Below, one piece after another: positions 60,484-64,000 of a stretch of 64,000 bases of DNA. Under the pieces are notes generated by a model that had not been told where the DNA came from, ran no database searches, and saw only the letters and a list, made by a program, of their open reading frames with translations. Numbering within the stretch: position 1 is the first letter of the stretch; the number at the start of each line of letters is the position of its first letter. A program made the position numbers and the translations under genes. The DNA is from Azolla caroliniana (taxonomy: Eukaryota; Plantae; Polypodiophyta), in contig JBHGNT010000006.1 of assembly GCA_043228905.1 (NCBI GenBank), positions 10,354,001 through 10,418,000 on the forward strand, written 5' to 3'.

Positions 60484-62511
60484 TTATATTATTTTTACTT
60501 TTTCACGTAGTGTACGAAATACACTACGACACTCGCCCCCTCCGAACCCGCACATCCTCCGGTATGTGCCGAAGTTGCCGATGCTCGTTGTCTCCCCTTC
60601 ATCCTCCGTTTGTCCCGCTATGTCAACTTTGTCTCTCCATTTTGAGTAGACCCATTCTTTCCACCCGAACCATTGCCGCCATCCGATCCACCATATTCTT
60701 TGTTCTCTCTCGTCATATTCTTGGCCCTTGTCATTCGTGGTAGTGTCTTTTACTGGCCTCTTTCTTGTCTTCATCAACCTTGACTTTTTTCCGGATCGCT
60801 CTCGTCCGATCGACTTTCGGTTTGATCGGCTTCCGATCGGATTCGTATTCGGCCGAATCGGAATCGGTTGTTCGGTTTCGATTGAGTCGGTCTCCTTTTC
60901 AGTTGGCTTTCTTTTCCTCGTTTTCACCAACCTCGACCGGTCCAACCTCCGGTTGAGTCGGATTAGCTTCTTTCCGGATCCGTTTCGTCCGATCGGCTTT
61001 CGGCTAGGTCGGCTTCCATCCATATTCGCGTTCGGCCAAGTCAGACTCAGTCGATCGGTTTTGACCGAGTTGAGCCCTTTTCGGATCGGCTTTCTTTCGG
61101 GTCGTCTTTCGGCCGAATCCTCATTCGCCCGGTTCGGCTTTCGTTTGTGTCGTCTTTCGGTCGAATCCTCTTTCACCCGGTTCGGCTTTCTTTCGGTTCG
61201 TCTTTCGGCCGAATTCTCTTTTACCCGGTTCGGCTTTCTTTCGGATCGGAATCCCGTCCGGATCACCTTCCATCCTAACTGGCTTCCGACTTTACCTTTC
61301 TTGCCGCCACCTCCCGTCTCTCCGGTCTCACGTTGCTTCTCAGACACAACCGCCGAAGTCTCTAGGATTAGTGGGTAGGAATCCTTGGTATTATCATCCT
61401 CCGTTGTTTCACCCATAGCCATATTCTCGACTATCTCTCCGTCATACGCATCAGCTTCAACCTTTGATTTCTCTCCGCCACCTTCCGTCTCTTCGGTCTC
61501 ACGTTGCCTTTCGAATGCAACCGCCGGAGTCTCTAGAATCAGTGGTGGGGAAGTCTCGATATGGCCATTTGTCGTTAATTCGTCCATAGCCACCTTCGAT
61601 TCGATGTCATTTTTCGTGGCGACCTCCTCAATCAAGTCCTCTTTGCTCTCTTTCACTGCATCAATTATGCTTACCCCTTTTTCACCCGATGTTTCGGACA
61701 CTTGTATTCTGAAATCTTCTTCTACACTTGGGTTATCGGCCTTATCCTTCGTCGTTGTTCTTTCGCAAGACAAGAGGGTAGCTTGTTTTACACCCTCTTC
61801 CGTCGCACCATCATGTTGTATTTCGGCCTTCATATCGGCTCCATCGTTTGTCTTCAATCGACCATCCTTCATCGGCCATGTCGTTGACAAGATTCTCATC
61901 TTCCTCTCATCATGTCTCCGGCATACCCTTTGGACTTCGGCCCAATTTTCGGTAAGACCATTCGTACCTTCATCGTCTTCGAGTTCGATCCCGATGTCCA
62001 TCCTTTCTTTTCGATCGATCGATTTTACGAACATTAGGACTTTATCCTCCCCCACCAACCGTTGTTCCCGCTCCGAGAGTCGAGCAAAACGATTCTCGAA
62101 CTCTAGGAATGCTTGTGTTGCACTTCGGTGGGTCTTCTCCGATGCCACCCATTCGTCGAATTCTCGCCGATCTTTTCCCTTCGATCTCTTGTAATCATAT
62201 GCCTCTCGTAAAGCTTCTTCGAATGACCCCCATGTCGAGTTTTGTTGCCGTATCTTGTGGATTCTCTCTTGTAGCTCATCTGTGGCCACCCGATTGAAGG
62301 ATGTCACTTGCAATCCTTCCGGTATCCCACATCGTATCATCTCCGCCTTGTAGTCACGTAGATAGCGTGACACATCGTTTCCGTTGAATTGTCCGTTTCG
62401 TTGTACGAGCCGCTTTACTGCCCCCGTGATCTCCGACATCACTCGTTGTTCTTGTAGCATCCGCTCGAACATCATCATCATCATGTTCATCGCCTCTTGT
62501 TGATTCTCCAT
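60484..62511 (-). CDS. H Gag-like protein with acidic and basic low-complexity tail, 675 aa, intact
   Basis: Open from ATG 62511 through the PPT into the 3' LTR. The N-terminal ~200 aa align by eye to B gag (GQFNGNDVSRYL vs GRFSGKDATKYL; RFARLS in both; LTENWAEVQRVC vs LMTDWAAVKRVY). Confidence 0.85.
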   Translation of the reverse strand: MENQQEAMNMMMMMFERMLQEQRVMSEITGAVKRLVQRNGQFNGNDVSRYLRDYKAEMIRCGIPEGLQVTSFNRVATDELQERIHKIRQQNSTWGSFEEALREAYDYKRSKGKDRREFDEWVASEKTHRSATQAFLEFENRFARLSEREQRLVGEDKVLMFVKSIDRKERMDIGIELEDDEGTNGLTENWAEVQRVCRRHDERKMRILSTTWPMKDGRLKTNDGADMKAEIQHDGATEEGVKQATLLSCERTTTKDKADNPSVEEDFRIQVSETSGEKGVSIIDAVKESKEDLIEEVATKNDIESKVAMDELTTNGHIETSPPLILETPAVAFERQRETEETEGGGEKSKVEADAYDGEIVENMAMGETTEDDNTKDSYPLILETSAVVSEKQRETGETGGGGKKGKVGSQLGWKVIRTGFRSERKPNRVKENSAERRTERKPNRVKEDSTERRHKRKPNRANEDSAERRPERKPIRKGLNSVKTDRLSLTWPNANMDGSRPSRKPIGRNGSGKKLIRLNRRLDRSRLVKTRKRKPTEKETDSIETEQPIPIRPNTNPIGSRSNRKSIGRERSGKKSRLMKTRKRPVKDTTTNDKGQEYDEREQRIWWIGWRQWFGWKEWVYSKWRDKVDIAGQTEDEGETTSIGNFGTYRRMCGFGGGECRSVFRTLREKVKII

Positions 62512-62527
62512 CTCCTTGCCACCCGCC

Positions 62528-62545
62528 TTCACGTCGGGTTCACCA
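62528..62545 (-). promoter_or_regulatory. PBS (tRNA-Trp) of H
   Basis: TGGTGAACCCGACGTGAA, identical to the PBS of B and of G (50480-50497). Confidence 0.9.
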
Positions 62546-64000
62546 ACTGTGTCGTGCCTTTCGGCTCCAGATCGTTTGCGTGAGTCGGGTGGGAACCACT
62601 GAGGTTTTGGACTAGGAGAAAGAAAAATACAAATAAGGCTAGTAAAGAATACGTATAAAGAGTTATAAGATAAGAATCTCGTGAATCCCACGAGTTTAGT
62701 ATATTTAGTCAATATTTAGGTAGTAAGAGAGAATTATTTTTAGCAAATTCGTGAATCCCACGAATATTTTAGATTGATTGATCATTATAGAAAAATAATC
62801 AACAAAAACTACAATGTGCTCCCCATCCTTATATAGTGATGGGAGAGACTAAGCATAGCTACATGCTTTTTCTCATATGTTCATGCACACTAAATGTGCA
62901 TGTGATGCTTTTCTAATCCTTGCTTTTATTTGCTAAATATAGTGCTCATGCATGCTAGATGTGCATGAGTCACTTTTTAGTTGCTTGCGTTTTTCTATAA
63001 AATATTCACGCACTCTAAAAATGCATGATTTACCTTTTAATAAAGGTAGGCGCAAATAAAGCAGTTATAGTTATTAAATCTATTTATAAAACACTAAAGA
63101 TAAGGTAGCATAATGGTAAAGTTGAGGTTTGGCTACGTGGAGGTACAGGGTTCGAATCTTGCCTTATGCACGTGATAAATATCTTGATATATTATTTTAT
63201 TTATTTATATGTAATTAAATCGGTTATATTATTTTTACTTTTTCACATAGTGTACGAAATACACTACGACAACGTGATTACTTATGCATATATTTAAAAC
63301 AATTGTAACATCATATAAGAACCGAATGATATAAATCCAGATATGTAATCGAGGCGTATAGCCTCTACGCACAGGAAACATCCAAAAATGAGGGTGAATG
63401 TAATACACATTTCAAGTATTGACCTCTTACGTATACGACACCAATCGCATATCCTTTACATAGAAATCAAGGTATTGACCTCATACGCAAATGTAACATA
63501 TGTATGTGAACGTAATACGCAATTGAGACATTAACCTTGTACGCATACAATACAAATCACATATCAAATATATGTGGAATGAGGTATTCACCTCATACAC
63601 ATATGTAAACGTTTTATACAACGAATTAATTACCATGACATCGTATCCATGTAATGAGGGAGGGATGTTGGATATGTGTGTAAAAGGAGCAACCTCACAT
63701 GAAGTGGGTCAAGCCCTACATTGTCAACATCATTGTCGGTATGATCGTTTTGTTACGTAACGAAATCGAAGTGACCAATTGGGGATGTCACTAAAAAAAT
63801 TTGTTGAAAAAGGGATGGTGACTACGCCATTCTCACAAAAATATGAAGATGGCCACTAAGATCCTTTCCCCAAAAAGGACAACGTTCGATATACACAATC
63901 ACGTAATAAAAACTAATATATATTTATGTTTATCATATGTATGCGATTAAATACGTATACACGTGATTACATATGCATATATATGTAAATTGACAATGTG

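Larger units (their letters stand above)
59810..63271 (-). mobile_element. H: young non-autonomous gag-only LTR retrotransposon (TR-GAG-like), 3462 bp
   Basis: 722-bp LTRs at 59810-60531 and 62550-63271 (about 5 transitions by eye), PBS-Trp 62528-62545, PPT 60532-60543, TSD ACGT, and no PR/RT/RH/INT. Confidence 0.95.
53839..64000 (-). mobile_element. Gypsy I: decayed chromovirus; its 5' LTR is not in the window
   Basis: 3' LTR 53839-54570 (TGTTA...TAACA), PPT GAGGGGGAGTA 54571-54581, pol domains as listed in the next feature. Extension of the leader to the window end is inferred. Confidence 0.8.
59487..64000. repeat. ~686-bp tandem repeat upstream of Gypsy I gag; the first copy is interrupted by H
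   Basis: catcgtatccatgtaatgaggg at 59487 and 63639. The second copy shows the empty site tatacACGTgatta (63961-63964). Confidence 0.85.

Noticed and set aside
60728-62194. Long plus-strand ORFs opposite the H ORF
   Set aside because: Non-ATG, Ser/Phe-rich mirror of a Glu/Lys/Arg-rich sense ORF.

Overview
Eukaryotic, land-plant genomic DNA (a non-seed plant is my inference from the retroelement types) dominated by nested retrotransposons. The only host gene I can support is a single-exon fasciclin (FAS1)-domain gene at the left edge (810-1412, minus). Nest 1: a decayed L1-type LINE (pieces at ~5050-5919, 12899-13079, 37162-~38950) split by a Gypsy solo-type LTR S1 (5920-12898, holding Copia E) and by Copia A (13080-37161). 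A holds Gypsy B, and its 3' LTR holds Copia C, which holds the intact young Copia D. Nest 2: decayed Copia F (45507-49067) is interrupted by LTR S2 (49068-53838), which holds gag-only element G and a chromoviral Gypsy I, which holds gag-only element H. Most element boundaries were confirmed by eye from LTR termini, PBS, PPT and target-site duplications (TSDs). The most interesting system is a tRNA-Trp-primed Gypsy group (B, G, H, S1, S2). It has 4-bp CpG-centred target sites, a conserved U5 motif that could pair with the tRNA-Trp T-arm, and a candidate -1 frameshift placed after the protease. Its non-autonomous members encode only a Gag fused to a long acidic/basic disordered tail and carry tRNA-like Pol III A/B boxes in their LTRs. 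One copy (G) has its internal domain inverted, creating a perfect 38-bp-stem hairpin. Novelty is untested: no database searches were possible, and all difference counts are manual estimates.
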